From a virus (taxonomy: Duplodnaviria > Caudoviricetes): DNA of 64,000 bases. Every line of letters starts with the position of its first letter. The first letter of the stretch is position 1. The notes beneath the pieces were generated by a model. That model did no database searches, was not told where the DNA came from, and worked only from the letters and a program-made list of their open reading frames with translations. This document shows positions 38,463-48,679 of the stretch, piece by piece. The stretch is from the IMG/VR virus record IMGVR_UViG_3300011116_001007; one strand, given 5' to 3'. A program made the position numbers and the translations under genes.

Positions 38463-38802
38463 ACCCGTAACTGAACAAGAATTTTGGAGTATCTTGGCAG
38501 CCATGCCTGAATCTCAACCAGTTTTCTTTAGACTGTATCATGATGATCGCGGGCGTGTATTATTCTACAGCATGGAGGATGTTCCAGGTACATACATTGA
38601 AATTGATGCAGAAACTTTTGCGTTACAGTCCACAAACGTCAGAGTACAAGATGGCCGCCTGGTTGAAGTGGTCTGGATGACCAGTGAAAAACTTCAACCA
38701 ATGGAAACTGGTACACCCTGCCACCCCACAGACATAACCGTAATAGTTTCACCAAACGATCCGCACACCAAATGGAGCAAAAAAACACATGAACAAAATT
38801 GA
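38452..38802 (+). CDS. Hypothetical protein (116 aa)
   Basis: ORF overlapping both neighbours; FRLYHDDRGRVLFYSMED. Confidence 0.75.
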   Translation: MSNEPVTEQEFWSILAAMPESQPVFFRLYHDDRGRVLFYSMEDVPGTYIEIDAETFALQSTNVRVQDGRLVEVVWMTSEKLQPMETGTPCHPTDITVIVSPNDPHTKWSKKTHEQN

Positions 38803-39712
38803 CACAGCAGATTTAGATTGCATTTATCTCACCTACGACGAGCCACAACGTGAAGAATTCTGGGTAAAGATCAAGAACATGATTCCGTGGGCCAAACGTG
38901 TGGATGGTGTTCGCGGGTCTGATGCAGCACACAAAGCCGCTGCTGCTGCCAGTGACACAGAACGTTTTATTTTGATTGATGGCGACAACTTGCCTTCTGC
39001 AGATTTTTTCAACAAAACATTGGAATTGCCCACAGCTGACTACGAGCAAGCAGTGTTCCGCTGGCGTGCTAGAAATCATGTCAACGGACTCATGTATGGC
39101 AATGGTGGCATCAGTAGTTGGACACGTGAATTTGTGAATGCCATGCGTACACACGAAGCCACTGATGGACGTACAGAAACACAAGTTGAGTTTTGCTTTG
39201 ATCCCTTGTACTGGGCCATGCATGATTGCTACAGCACAACATATCCAGCGCAATCACCGTTCCATGCTTGGCGTGCAGGATTCCGCGAAGGTGTAAAGAT
39301 GTGCCTGAACAAAGGTGCCAGACCCACAGTGGATGAATTTAAAAATCAAGTACTGCGTAATCTTGATCACCTGACCATATGGCACAACATTGGATCTGAC
39401 GTAGAAAACGGAGAATGGTGTATGGCCGGTGCAAGACAAGGCACATACATGACCATGCTGACCAACTGGGATTACACACTGGTGCAGGACTTTGATGCAC
39501 TGGCTGAAATTTGGGCCACGGTAAAAGATGGCCAGCCGAGAATACTAAGCAATCAACTAGGGCCAGAGATGGGTACACAGCTGGACCTGCCAATGGCCAT
39601 ATTGGAATCTGAGCAAAGTGCGTTTTTCAAATATCATTATCGATCAAACTGGTATAATCGCGGTGCTATGGTTCGAGAGATAGATGTGATCAGACAACAA
39701 GAAGGTTGGTGA
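38789..39712 (+). CDS. GT-A/GT2-like glycosyltransferase-like protein
   Basis: IYLTYDE...AHKAAA..SDTERFILIDGDN (DxD); AWRAGFREGVKM; homologous by eye to the C-terminus of 59969-63949. Confidence 0.65.
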   Translation: MNKIDTADLDCIYLTYDEPQREEFWVKIKNMIPWAKRVDGVRGSDAAHKAAAAASDTERFILIDGDNLPSADFFNKTLELPTADYEQAVFRWRARNHVNGLMYGNGGISSWTREFVNAMRTHEATDGRTETQVEFCFDPLYWAMHDCYSTTYPAQSPFHAWRAGFREGVKMCLNKGARPTVDEFKNQVLRNLDHLTIWHNIGSDVENGEWCMAGARQGTYMTMLTNWDYTLVQDFDALAEIWATVKDGQPRILSNQLGPEMGTQLDLPMAILESEQSAFFKYHYRSNWYNRGAMVREIDVIRQQEGW

Positions 39713-40614
39713 TGATTAAATTATCACCAGATAATTTAATTCAATATTTTACATTGCCTAATGTAAATACCACTGAGTCCTTGTTGGGAAAAAATCCGTA
39801 CGATATTGTCACAAGAGATTCTGACACACTACTGGTCACCATTGGGGATTCTTGGACTTGGGGCGCTGACCTTACCGCCAAACATATTGGGTTGCATATC
39901 GATCGTAATTGTGATGATAATTATCGATTAGATAATGTGTATGGCGGAGTACTTGCAGACTACTTGCAAGCAGACTTTTTAAACCTTGGCGAGCCTGGCT
40001 CTAGCAATTGGCACATAGCTCGTAAATTAGCAGAACTTGCTAACATATCACATGATCTAAGTTATCAAAAAATTATTATTATTTGCATTTTTACAGAAAC
40101 TGGTAGGGACTTCAATTCTCTCGACGATGTTACAATTGATTATCGTGATTGGTTAATTAATAATGTAGTAGATTACACAAGTTATTATGACTTTTTAAAA
40201 TTTGTAAATCAACAAATTTCAGCTAAAATAATCAAGTCTTTAACCAGTCTGAGTTCGGCATGCAAGATATACTTTGGAACCAACTTTGTAGACCCTATTG
40301 GATACGAACAATTACAAGAGTATTTTTTAGACTATTCTTGGTTAAAAATTATTTGTCAACGTAATAATCTTGCTTACATGCCTGATGCTTGTTATATGGT
40401 ATTTCCTTGGGTGATTGAAAAATTTGAATGTTTGTTTGATTTTGCACCCGAACTTGATCGTGATCAATGGTTAATTTGGATGTCAGAGTTGGCTGAGGAT
40501 GCCAATGTACGAGCAACATTATGTAAAAAAGATTCAGTAAACTTCAATCAGTTGTTGCATCCAACAGCATCAAATCATAGATATTTTGCCGAGTACCTGT
40601 TGACACAATTATGA
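39712..40614 (+). CDS. SGNH/GDSL hydrolase-like protein (AT-rich)
   Basis: IGDSWTWG block I, NLGEPGSSN block II, terminal LLHPT; ATG at 39712 overlaps the previous TGA. Confidence 0.65.
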   Translation: MIKLSPDNLIQYFTLPNVNTTESLLGKNPYDIVTRDSDTLLVTIGDSWTWGADLTAKHIGLHIDRNCDDNYRLDNVYGGVLADYLQADFLNLGEPGSSNWHIARKLAELANISHDLSYQKIIIICIFTETGRDFNSLDDVTIDYRDWLINNVVDYTSYYDFLKFVNQQISAKIIKSLTSLSSACKIYFGTNFVDPIGYEQLQEYFLDYSWLKIICQRNNLAYMPDACYMVFPWVIEKFECLFDFAPELDRDQWLIWMSELAEDANVRATLCKKDSVNFNQLLHPTASNHRYFAEYLLTQL

Positions 40615-41558
40615 TCAATCAATACACACTCAGTCTGGCCAATGATAAAATTTGGGCAATTGATCATCTGATAGGATTCTTAGTCCACAATCAAGGTAAA
40701 GATATTGTTTTACATGTTAATCCAGAAGCACACTGTCTATATTCTTGCGGACTATACGCCATATTAGAAAAGTTTCAATTTAACAGTGTGACTATTTTTA
40801 CAAACAATGTACTTGAAACTCATCCAACATATCAAATTAAATATCGTAACATCAATACATTTTTTAGTGATAGTAAAAAATACAATCTGAGTGCGTCTGG
40901 CAAATGGAATGAACAAAAAATATTTGGAGCGTTTTACGGCAGACCCACTGCCAATCGTCTTGGCATTGCCAGTTATCTATACTCAAAATACAACAATCAG
41001 AGCGAAATTCTGCTGGCATCAAGAGTTGATTTAGTTGACAGTCGGGTGACATTTGAATTGGATAAACTGTTTGAATACGACATCGACAGCATGTCGCGTG
41101 TTGCTTATCTAATTGAAAATTTTAATTTTGGTGGAATTGATTACACTCCAATGGGAAATTTGTTTACCTACGATACACCGTTAAACAGTTTGTATGAAAA
41201 TATTCTAGTAGACATCATCAGTGAACCAAATATTAAAGGAAATACATTTTTCCCTACAGAAAAATTAGTAAGGCCGGTGTTGTTGAAAAAACCATTTATT
41301 GCAATGGCTTCAAAAAATTACTTGGAGTATGTACGGCAAATGGGGTTTCATACGTTCAATGAGTTTTGGGACGAAACGTATGATGGATACGAAGGCAGTG
41401 AACGCTACTTAAAAATTTTATCATTAATAAGTACGTTGGCTTCTAAATCAAAAAAAGAATTGTATGATCTTTATAATTTCATGCAGTTTCAAATTGATCA
41501 CAATTACAATTTGATTGTTAATAAATTGTACACCAAAAAAATCACATTGATTAACTAA
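40611..41558 (+). CDS. Glycosyltransferase-like 'TEK..KP' family protein, paralogue 1
   Basis: FYGRPTANR; ISEPN...FPTEKLVRPVLLKKPFI...EYVRQMGFHTFNEFWDETYD. Confidence 0.55.
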   Translation: MINQYTLSLANDKIWAIDHLIGFLVHNQGKDIVLHVNPEAHCLYSCGLYAILEKFQFNSVTIFTNNVLETHPTYQIKYRNINTFFSDSKKYNLSASGKWNEQKIFGAFYGRPTANRLGIASYLYSKYNNQSEILLASRVDLVDSRVTFELDKLFEYDIDSMSRVAYLIENFNFGGIDYTPMGNLFTYDTPLNSLYENILVDIISEPNIKGNTFFPTEKLVRPVLLKKPFIAMASKNYLEYVRQMGFHTFNEFWDETYDGYEGSERYLKILSLISTLASKSKKELYDLYNFMQFQIDHNYNLIVNKLYTKKITLIN

Positions 41559-41563
41559 CCAGT

Positions 41564-42577
41564 ATGCCTACCACAATTTTTATAACAGGTATTGCAGGAT
41601 TTTTGGGTAGCCACCTAGCTGATCATTTTATCAGACTGGGATATCATGTCAAAGGAAATGATAATTTGATAGGTGGGTGCCAAAGTAATATTCCAGCCAA
41701 AGCAGAGTTTTATAACATCGACTGTAACAACTTGTCAGCATTGACCACTGCAATGACCAATGTAGATATTGTAGTTCATTGTGCTGCCACAGCATATGAA
41801 GGGCTAAGTGTGTTCAGCCCAAGTTTTGTAGTTAATAATGTCATGCAGGCCAGCACAAGTGTAATTTCGTCAGCTATACAAAATAAAGTCAAACGCATAG
41901 TGTATTGCAGCAGTATGGCCAGATACGGCAACCAGAAAACACCGTTTGTTGAGTCAATGACTCCCGCACCTGTTGATCCATACGGCATAGCCAAGGTGGG
42001 TGGGGAATTGATATTAAAAAATTTATGTGACATCAACGGCATTGAGTGGAATATTGCAGTACCACATAACATCATTGGTACTAGACAAAAATACGATGAC
42101 CCATTTCGAAATGTTGTTAGCATTATGATTAATCGATGCTTGCAAAATAAACCGCCGGTGATATACGGCAACGGCACCCAGAAACGATGTTTTTCGTATA
42201 TCGACGACTGCGTGTATTGCTTGATCAAGTTAGTGACTGACACCAACATCACAAGCCAAACTGTAAATATAGGCCCTGATGAAGAATTTGTGACTATTAA
42301 CGAGTTGGCTGCACTTGTGATGGAACTCACAGAGTACAATGGCACCCCGTTGTATGTTAATCCGCGACCACTGGAAGTATCACTTGCTACATGCAGTTCT
42401 GATCTTGCCAGGCAGTTGCTAGACTATAAAACATCAACAACCTTACGCGAAGCAGTAACCCAGACCATGAACGGTATAAAACAATCAGGAGTACGACCGT
42501 TTGATTACAAATTCCCAGTTGAAATTAACAACAGCTTGACTCCGATAACCTGGCATAATGAATACTTTAACAAATAA
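41564..42577 (+). CDS. NAD-dependent epimerase/dehydratase (NDP-sugar modifying SDR)
   Basis: ITGIAGFLGS (GxxGxxG), CSSMARYG, PYGIAK (YxxxK), GNGTQKRCFSYIDD. Confidence 0.92.
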   Translation: MPTTIFITGIAGFLGSHLADHFIRLGYHVKGNDNLIGGCQSNIPAKAEFYNIDCNNLSALTTAMTNVDIVVHCAATAYEGLSVFSPSFVVNNVMQASTSVISSAIQNKVKRIVYCSSMARYGNQKTPFVESMTPAPVDPYGIAKVGGELILKNLCDINGIEWNIAVPHNIIGTRQKYDDPFRNVVSIMINRCLQNKPPVIYGNGTQKRCFSYIDDCVYCLIKLVTDTNITSQTVNIGPDEEFVTINELAALVMELTEYNGTPLYVNPRPLEVSLATCSSDLARQLLDYKTSTTLREAVTQTMNGIKQSGVRPFDYKFPVEINNSLTPITWHNEYFNK

Positions 42578-43964
42578 TAAAGGTGACGAGTCTGTAGACA
42601 ACAAGAGCCGGTTCCTTAACTCTGCTGAGCAAATGGCAGAGAACCTGGGCCCTGCACTATGTCTTGCCAAATGGAAACAGGTAAGTTTACATTTGCCCAC
42701 TGGATTAAATAACAGTTGCTACCATCCGCCGTTGCACTCTATATCCGTTGAAGATATTGGCCGCAATCCGGCAGCATTACACAATACAGATCATAAAAAA
42801 CAACAACGCAAGTTGATGTTAGCAGGCGAACGTCCAGCAGAGTGTCAGTATTGTTGGAACATGGAAGATCTAAGCAAACTCAGTGATCGACATTATAGAT
42901 CAGGCGAACCCTGGGCAGCAGTGGATTTTGAAAAAATAAAAAACTCAACTGGAGATGAACAAGATGTCGTACCGTCATATGTGGAAGTCAATTTTAACAA
43001 TGCCTGTAACCTTAAATGCAGCTATTGCAGTCCGCAGTTCAGCTCTAGCTGGCAACAAGAAATTGACCGCTACGGTGCCTTTCCTACTTTGGTTCCTCAT
43101 AACGCTCCTGAGCATTTTATCGGCCACCGCAGGCCTATTCCTGCCCGTGATCACAATCCTTACGTAGAAGCATTCTGGGCTTGGTGGCCCAGTCTATATC
43201 CTGAGCTCAAGCATTTCCGAATGACCGGCGGCGAGCCGCTGATGGATCGTAATACCTATCAAGTGTTTGACTATGTGCTGGACCATCCCAAGAGTGACTT
43301 GCATCTAGCTGTGACATCAAACTTCAGTGTAGAGCCCAAACTGTCTACCAAGTATTTTGATTATGTAAAAAGATTGTGCAATACTGATATTGAACATTTC
43401 ATGCAGTATGTGAGCCTTGACTCAGGCATAGGGCCTCAAGCTGAATACATACGCCACGGGTTAGACTTTGCTCGATTGCAGAACAATGTGGAAACATATC
43501 TTCGAGACATTCCATATCGCAACAGTCTCACTTTTATTGTGACCATGAACAATCTGGCAGTGACTGGATTCTTACCATTAATGCAATGGATCTTGGATCT
43601 ACGACGCAGACATAGTCAAACATATCAACGTGTGTGGTTTGATACACCTATACTGCGACAACCTGCCTGGCAAAGCCTACAAACATTGCCCGAAAGCTAT
43701 GCTGCAAAATTGGAACAAGCCCGCGACTTTATGTTGGAGAATCTAGAAACAGACGCTGATCCGTTTCACGGATTCAAAGACTATGAGGTGCAACGACTGG
43801 AACGTGATATTGCCTGGATGCGATCCTCTGCGCCGCAGCCCAGTGCAATGGCAGACTTTGCAAGATTTTTTAACGAACACGATCGCCGCAGAGGTACTGA
43901 CTTCAAGGCCACATTCCCAGAAATGATCACCTGGTGGAAACAATGCGGTCTACATGCTAGGTAA
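42558..43964 (+). CDS. Radical SAM protein with N-terminal Twitch/SPASM-like domain
   Basis: CLAKW..NSCYHPP..ECQYCW, then CNLKCSYC and TGGEPL. Confidence 0.9.
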   Translation: MNTLTNNKGDESVDNKSRFLNSAEQMAENLGPALCLAKWKQVSLHLPTGLNNSCYHPPLHSISVEDIGRNPAALHNTDHKKQQRKLMLAGERPAECQYCWNMEDLSKLSDRHYRSGEPWAAVDFEKIKNSTGDEQDVVPSYVEVNFNNACNLKCSYCSPQFSSSWQQEIDRYGAFPTLVPHNAPEHFIGHRRPIPARDHNPYVEAFWAWWPSLYPELKHFRMTGGEPLMDRNTYQVFDYVLDHPKSDLHLAVTSNFSVEPKLSTKYFDYVKRLCNTDIEHFMQYVSLDSGIGPQAEYIRHGLDFARLQNNVETYLRDIPYRNSLTFIVTMNNLAVTGFLPLMQWILDLRRRHSQTYQRVWFDTPILRQPAWQSLQTLPESYAAKLEQARDFMLENLETDADPFHGFKDYEVQRLERDIAWMRSSAPQPSAMADFARFFNEHDRRRGTDFKATFPEMITWWKQCGLHAR

Positions 43965-45072
43965 TCACAAAGTCGTTGTGGATGAATGGGCCGAAGTTTG
44001 GGATCTCCTCAAACCCTATGCCGACGGCAGCTTCTGGCGCTGGAGTGATTTAACTCTTGATCCGTCGACTGTGTATATTGTTGGGCGAGTGGTGCTCAAA
44101 GAGAACTGGCAATCCATAACCGAATGGGCACACCAACATCCGGGAAAAATAGTGTTTTGCAATCCTGCTGAAGGATCTCAGACTATATTACTGCAACTGA
44201 AAAGATTGATGATTTCTGAGCAAATCAAATCAGGAGAAATATTGTTGCTGACCTCAGGAGATCTAGAATCTGGGTGGAACTATTGCAAGACTGATTGTTA
44301 TTTTTCCAACATTGTCGAATATCTTGAAAACATTGGCGCACACGAATCTTGGCCGCAAGTGTATCACAAAAAAAACAAACCATATGATTTTTTGTTTTTG
44401 AATGGACGCCTAAGGCCACATCGCAAATATCTAATAGATCAACTACGACAGAAGAAATTATTGGATCGAGCACTGTGGACCAACTTAGGCGAGCAAGTGG
44501 AAATGTCCTGGACCAGCACATTGTTAACCGAATCAAACGAGCCAGTTAGATTGTTGCCCGAGCAGTATGAGATACCTCGTGCCTTACCCAACATGTCAGA
44601 ATTGCCAACAGGATTTGTCAAACATCACCTGTTTGGAAACACCTGGGGCGATGCCATAGTCAATCCTGCGGCCTATGTGGACACGTCGTTTTCGTTGGTA
44701 ACAGAAACCATATTTGATTATCCGCACACATTCCGAACAGAAAAGATCTGGAAGCCCATGATCATGTGTCATCCATTTGTGGTGGCTGCCAACCGCGGCT
44801 ACTATCGAGACCTGCATAATGCAGGGTTTGAAACATTCGGCAACTTGATCGACGAGTCATTTGACCAGATTGACGATCCTACCGATCGTGCCAATAGAGT
44901 GGTTGCAGTTGTGAAAGATATATGCTATAATGGTGCTGAGGCTTTCTTAGAAGCTGCCAGAAGTGCATGTAAATACAACTATCAGCAACTTCGCGATCAC
45001 AACAAACAACAACGTGCTGCTCTGTCAGCTCAACTTGAGATTTATATAAATGCCAACACACACTATAGCTAG
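43954..45072 (+). CDS. Glycosyltransferase-like 'TEK..KP' family protein, paralogue 2
   Basis: FLFLNGRLRPHR; LVTET...RTEKIWKPMIMCHPFVV...GFETFGNLIDESFD. Confidence 0.55.
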   Translation: MLGNHKVVVDEWAEVWDLLKPYADGSFWRWSDLTLDPSTVYIVGRVVLKENWQSITEWAHQHPGKIVFCNPAEGSQTILLQLKRLMISEQIKSGEILLLTSGDLESGWNYCKTDCYFSNIVEYLENIGAHESWPQVYHKKNKPYDFLFLNGRLRPHRKYLIDQLRQKKLLDRALWTNLGEQVEMSWTSTLLTESNEPVRLLPEQYEIPRALPNMSELPTGFVKHHLFGNTWGDAIVNPAAYVDTSFSLVTETIFDYPHTFRTEKIWKPMIMCHPFVVAANRGYYRDLHNAGFETFGNLIDESFDQIDDPTDRANRVVAVVKDICYNGAEAFLEAARSACKYNYQQLRDHNKQQRAALSAQLEIYINANTHYS

Positions 45073-46105
45073 AACTTTCCCCACCAAATGGGTGTATGGT
45101 GAGTACGAAGAAAAAATACTACACAGTCTTTCAGCACAGATCGACAGTCGATTTCCTGATCAAAACAATTTAATTTTAAATTTTACCTGGCATGGGCCGT
45201 GGACTGATACCGAAGTTGACGACTATATCTCAACTGGCAAAAAGATTGATCAGTTGTTTATTGTGTGTACTGTGGATGGTTACCTAGGCACGTTGGATCA
45301 TTACATAAAACGATTAAAAGACACTGTTGGAGTTTCCACTGTGCATTGGGTGGGGAATTTTGAAAATAGTCCTTTTGAATTTAATTTTTTTGCCATAGTA
45401 TGCAGAGATCATTTCAAGAAGTACAACACACAAGATCTAATTCTGACTGATGTGAAACATGCATTTGTCAGTTACAATCGCAAACCTTATCCACACCGAT
45501 TAGAGTTTGTTCGAGAACTAGTGAATACCGGATTAAACAATCATGGCGTGATAACAATGGGTCGCAGTTTTCCCGGAGAAGACCACGGATTATTCATGAG
45601 CATAGGAGAGCGTGAAGAAGATTATGTAAAATATGGACATTGGTACGAGCCAGGAACAGAGTCAACTCCTCATGTGATTCCGCATGATCTTTTTAGCTTA
45701 CACAATTGGCCAGTGTGGCAACATCATTTTTTACATGTGACGGGAGCAACTATATTTCCTGATTATTTGCCGGTGTTTGTTAATCAGATACATTTTAAAC
45801 CCATTATTGGACTGCGTCCATTCATAATAAATGGACAGAGCAAGCAAAGTGCGTATCTCAGAAAACACGGATTCCGAACTTTTGAAAAATGGTTTCCTGG
45901 AACAGAAGTCAATACTTCACCGCCTGAGGCAGCAGAACAAAGTAAAAATCAATTGGTCAAGACCTTGCAAACCTTAGTAAAATTGTCGCCCACAGAAATG
46001 CTAGACATGTACCAAAGCATGCTGCCTGATTTGTTACACAACCGCCAGCGTTGGTTTGAGTGGGCAGATGAGCAGGCAGCGTTGGCAGAAAATATATTTC
46101 AATGA
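45050..46105 (+). CDS. Glycosyltransferase-like 'TEK..KP' family protein, paralogue 3 (divergent motif)
   Basis: FVSYNRKPYPHR; NQIHFKPIIGLRPFIING...YLRKHGFRTF. Confidence 0.5.
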   Translation: MPTHTIARTFPTKWVYGEYEEKILHSLSAQIDSRFPDQNNLILNFTWHGPWTDTEVDDYISTGKKIDQLFIVCTVDGYLGTLDHYIKRLKDTVGVSTVHWVGNFENSPFEFNFFAIVCRDHFKKYNTQDLILTDVKHAFVSYNRKPYPHRLEFVRELVNTGLNNHGVITMGRSFPGEDHGLFMSIGEREEDYVKYGHWYEPGTESTPHVIPHDLFSLHNWPVWQHHFLHVTGATIFPDYLPVFVNQIHFKPIIGLRPFIINGQSKQSAYLRKHGFRTFEKWFPGTEVNTSPPEAAEQSKNQLVKTLQTLVKLSPTEMLDMYQSMLPDLLHNRQRWFEWADEQAALAENIFQ

Positions 46106-47448
46106 ATGATTTAGAATTTAAACACACAGTATTAGACCCTCTCTCAGCCAGTTTTTGTGCGGCAAAATGGTATAACGCAACCATTTGGTTAGGAAGTGGA
46201 CAGACCACAAGTTGTCATCACCCGCCAGCCCATTTAGTGGACGTATCTATGTTATCCGCTAACCCTAAGCTACTGCACAATACTCCACAAAAGAAAGAAG
46301 ATCGTCGCAAGATGATCAACGGGGAGCGTCCCCCTGGCTGTGAGTATTGCTGGAAGATTGAAGACATGGGTCGTGACGCTGTGAGCGACCGTGTGTATAA
46401 AAGTCGAATTTATCCTATAGAGGCATTAGATGAAGCATTTGAAACTCCGGCAACTACTGACGTTAACCTACGAACCCTTGAAATTGCATTTGACCGCACT
46501 TGTCAATTTGCTTGTAGCTATTGTAACCCTGCTTTTAGTAGCACTTGGGTTAACGATATACGAAAGAATGGACCTTATAACGGACTTGTTAGTGATGGTC
46601 GGAACCATTTTACTCACACTCACGATAGCAGCCAACTTTATAAATTCGGTCAAACTAATCCGTATGTGGAAGCATTCTTCCGATGGTGGGAAACAGACCT
46701 CCATCGAACACTACAAGAACTAAGAGTCACTGGCGGCGAACCACTGATGAGCGCCGAAACTTGGAAACTGATTGATTGGTTTCGGCATAATCCTGGCCGC
46801 AGCCAAACAAGATTAGCAATCAATTCAAATTTAGGCACAGCAGTAGACTTGGATCGATTGTTAGACAGCATCACAGGATTGGAAGTGGACATATACACAT
46901 CAAACGAAAGCATAGGCTTACAAGCTGAATACATCAGAGACGGACTGGTATGGGACGACTGGGCCAACAATGTAGAACGCCTGTTGGACTCGAGAAAGTT
47001 ACGTGGTATACATGTGATGAACACTATCAATGCCTTGTGCTTGGATACATTGGATCAGTTCTTGGAATGCATAATGAACTGGAAACTAGAATACGGTCGT
47101 GATGCTGTGAGTTTTACATTGAATATATTAAGATTCCCTAGCTTTCAGTCTCCACTGGTGTTGCCTGACAACCTGCGTATGGTATATCGACAACGCCTGA
47201 TCACATGGCTAGAACATTGGGCAGGTAGTGAGTTTTTACACGAACACGAACTCAATCATGTACAGCGCCTGATAGATTATTTGGATGTGGTCAAGACTCC
47301 TCATTCAGAAGCATTTGAAATGCCCAAATTGTTGAGCGACTTCAAACAGTTCTATACACAATACGATCAACGACGCGGCAAAGACTTTGGCCTGGCGTTT
47401 CCCACATTAAAACACTGGTATGACTCAATACAAATACAACAGCAGTGA
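46102..47448 (+). CDS. Radical SAM protein with N-terminal Twitch/SPASM-like domain
   Basis: CAAKW..TSCHHPP..GCEYCW, then CQFACSYC and TGGEPL. Confidence 0.9.
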   Translation: MNDLEFKHTVLDPLSASFCAAKWYNATIWLGSGQTTSCHHPPAHLVDVSMLSANPKLLHNTPQKKEDRRKMINGERPPGCEYCWKIEDMGRDAVSDRVYKSRIYPIEALDEAFETPATTDVNLRTLEIAFDRTCQFACSYCNPAFSSTWVNDIRKNGPYNGLVSDGRNHFTHTHDSSQLYKFGQTNPYVEAFFRWWETDLHRTLQELRVTGGEPLMSAETWKLIDWFRHNPGRSQTRLAINSNLGTAVDLDRLLDSITGLEVDIYTSNESIGLQAEYIRDGLVWDDWANNVERLLDSRKLRGIHVMNTINALCLDTLDQFLECIMNWKLEYGRDAVSFTLNILRFPSFQSPLVLPDNLRMVYRQRLITWLEHWAGSEFLHEHELNHVQRLIDYLDVVKTPHSEAFEMPKLLSDFKQFYTQYDQRRGKDFGLAFPTLKHWYDSIQIQQQ

Positions 47449-48679
47449 TTTGGTACGTGCTACTGAACTCACAAACCGCGAGCAATTTTTGCTTGCCGAA
47501 TCAAAAACTTTTTGTATCTATCCTTGGATACATCTGCATGCTTACCCCACTGGAGAAGCATATCCTTGTTGCCATGCAGAAATGAAATATCCAGTGGGCA
47601 ATTGCAGAACCAATACATTGAATGAAATTTGGCAAGATAAACCCATGCAAAAACTACGGTCAGACATGTTGAATGAAACTGCCAATCCTGCATGCGGACG
47701 TTGTTACGAACAAGAACAATCAGGATTCTTTAGTGGCCGTAAAAGTGCAAATAAACATCACGGGCACCATGTTAAAAAATTAGAACAAAATCCTTTTGAA
47801 ATGACCTATTGGGATATACGATTCTCAAATCTTTGCAATTTAAAATGCCGTAGTTGTGGTCACATATTTTCAAGCCAATGGTATCAAGATCAAGCCAAAC
47901 TAGCCGGCGGCGACTGGAAAGCTCGTAATCCTGTGTTGAATTATGCAGGCCGTACAGAAACTGACATGTGGGAACAATTGTTACCTCATATAGATTATGT
48001 TGAACAGATCTATTTTGCCGGCGGCGAACCACTGTTGATGGAAGAGCACTATCGCATTTTGGATGAACTGGTTCGTCGAAAAAGATTTGACGTACGGTTA
48101 ATATACAATACCAATTTTACTCATACTGATTTAAAAGGTCAGAGTGTATTCAATTACTGGAAACAATTTGATAGCGTAGCAGTAGGTGCCAGCCTTGACG
48201 GGTCAGGGAAGTATGGTGAATATATACGCAAAGGAACAGACTGGCAGAAAGTTGAACAAAATAGAATTGAAATGTTGAATATCTGCCCTGATGTGGACTT
48301 TTATATCAGTCCCACACTCAGTATAATGAATGCTTGGCATCTGCCAGACTTTCACCGTGATTGGGTCAGCCGTGGTTTTATAAAACCACAAGATCTCAAT
48401 GTAAACATATTGCAAGATCCGTTGCATTATCGAATCGATATTGCTCCTGTGAAATACAAACAACGACTACGTGTAAAATATCAAGAACACATGGCATGGT
48501 TAGAAGGTCAGGATTCTTTGCAACGTGCTACTGAAGGCTTCAACTCAGCAATTAACTTTATGATGGCCACAGACAACACACATCTCATTGACACATTCTG
48601 GCGCAAAACACACGAACTTGATGCTATAAGAAATGAAAAACTACTAGATACAATTCCTGAACTTGAGGCATTGACATGA
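47420..48679 (+). CDS. Radical SAM protein with N-terminal SPASM/Twitch domain
   Basis: CIYPW..GEAYPCC..VGNC..LNEIW..CGRCY, then CNLKCRSC and AGGEPL. Confidence 0.92.
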   Translation: MTQYKYNSSDLVRATELTNREQFLLAESKTFCIYPWIHLHAYPTGEAYPCCHAEMKYPVGNCRTNTLNEIWQDKPMQKLRSDMLNETANPACGRCYEQEQSGFFSGRKSANKHHGHHVKKLEQNPFEMTYWDIRFSNLCNLKCRSCGHIFSSQWYQDQAKLAGGDWKARNPVLNYAGRTETDMWEQLLPHIDYVEQIYFAGGEPLLMEEHYRILDELVRRKRFDVRLIYNTNFTHTDLKGQSVFNYWKQFDSVAVGASLDGSGKYGEYIRKGTDWQKVEQNRIEMLNICPDVDFYISPTLSIMNAWHLPDFHRDWVSRGFIKPQDLNVNILQDPLHYRIDIAPVKYKQRLRVKYQEHMAWLEGQDSLQRATEGFNSAINFMMATDNTHLIDTFWRKTHELDAIRNEKLLDTIPELEALT

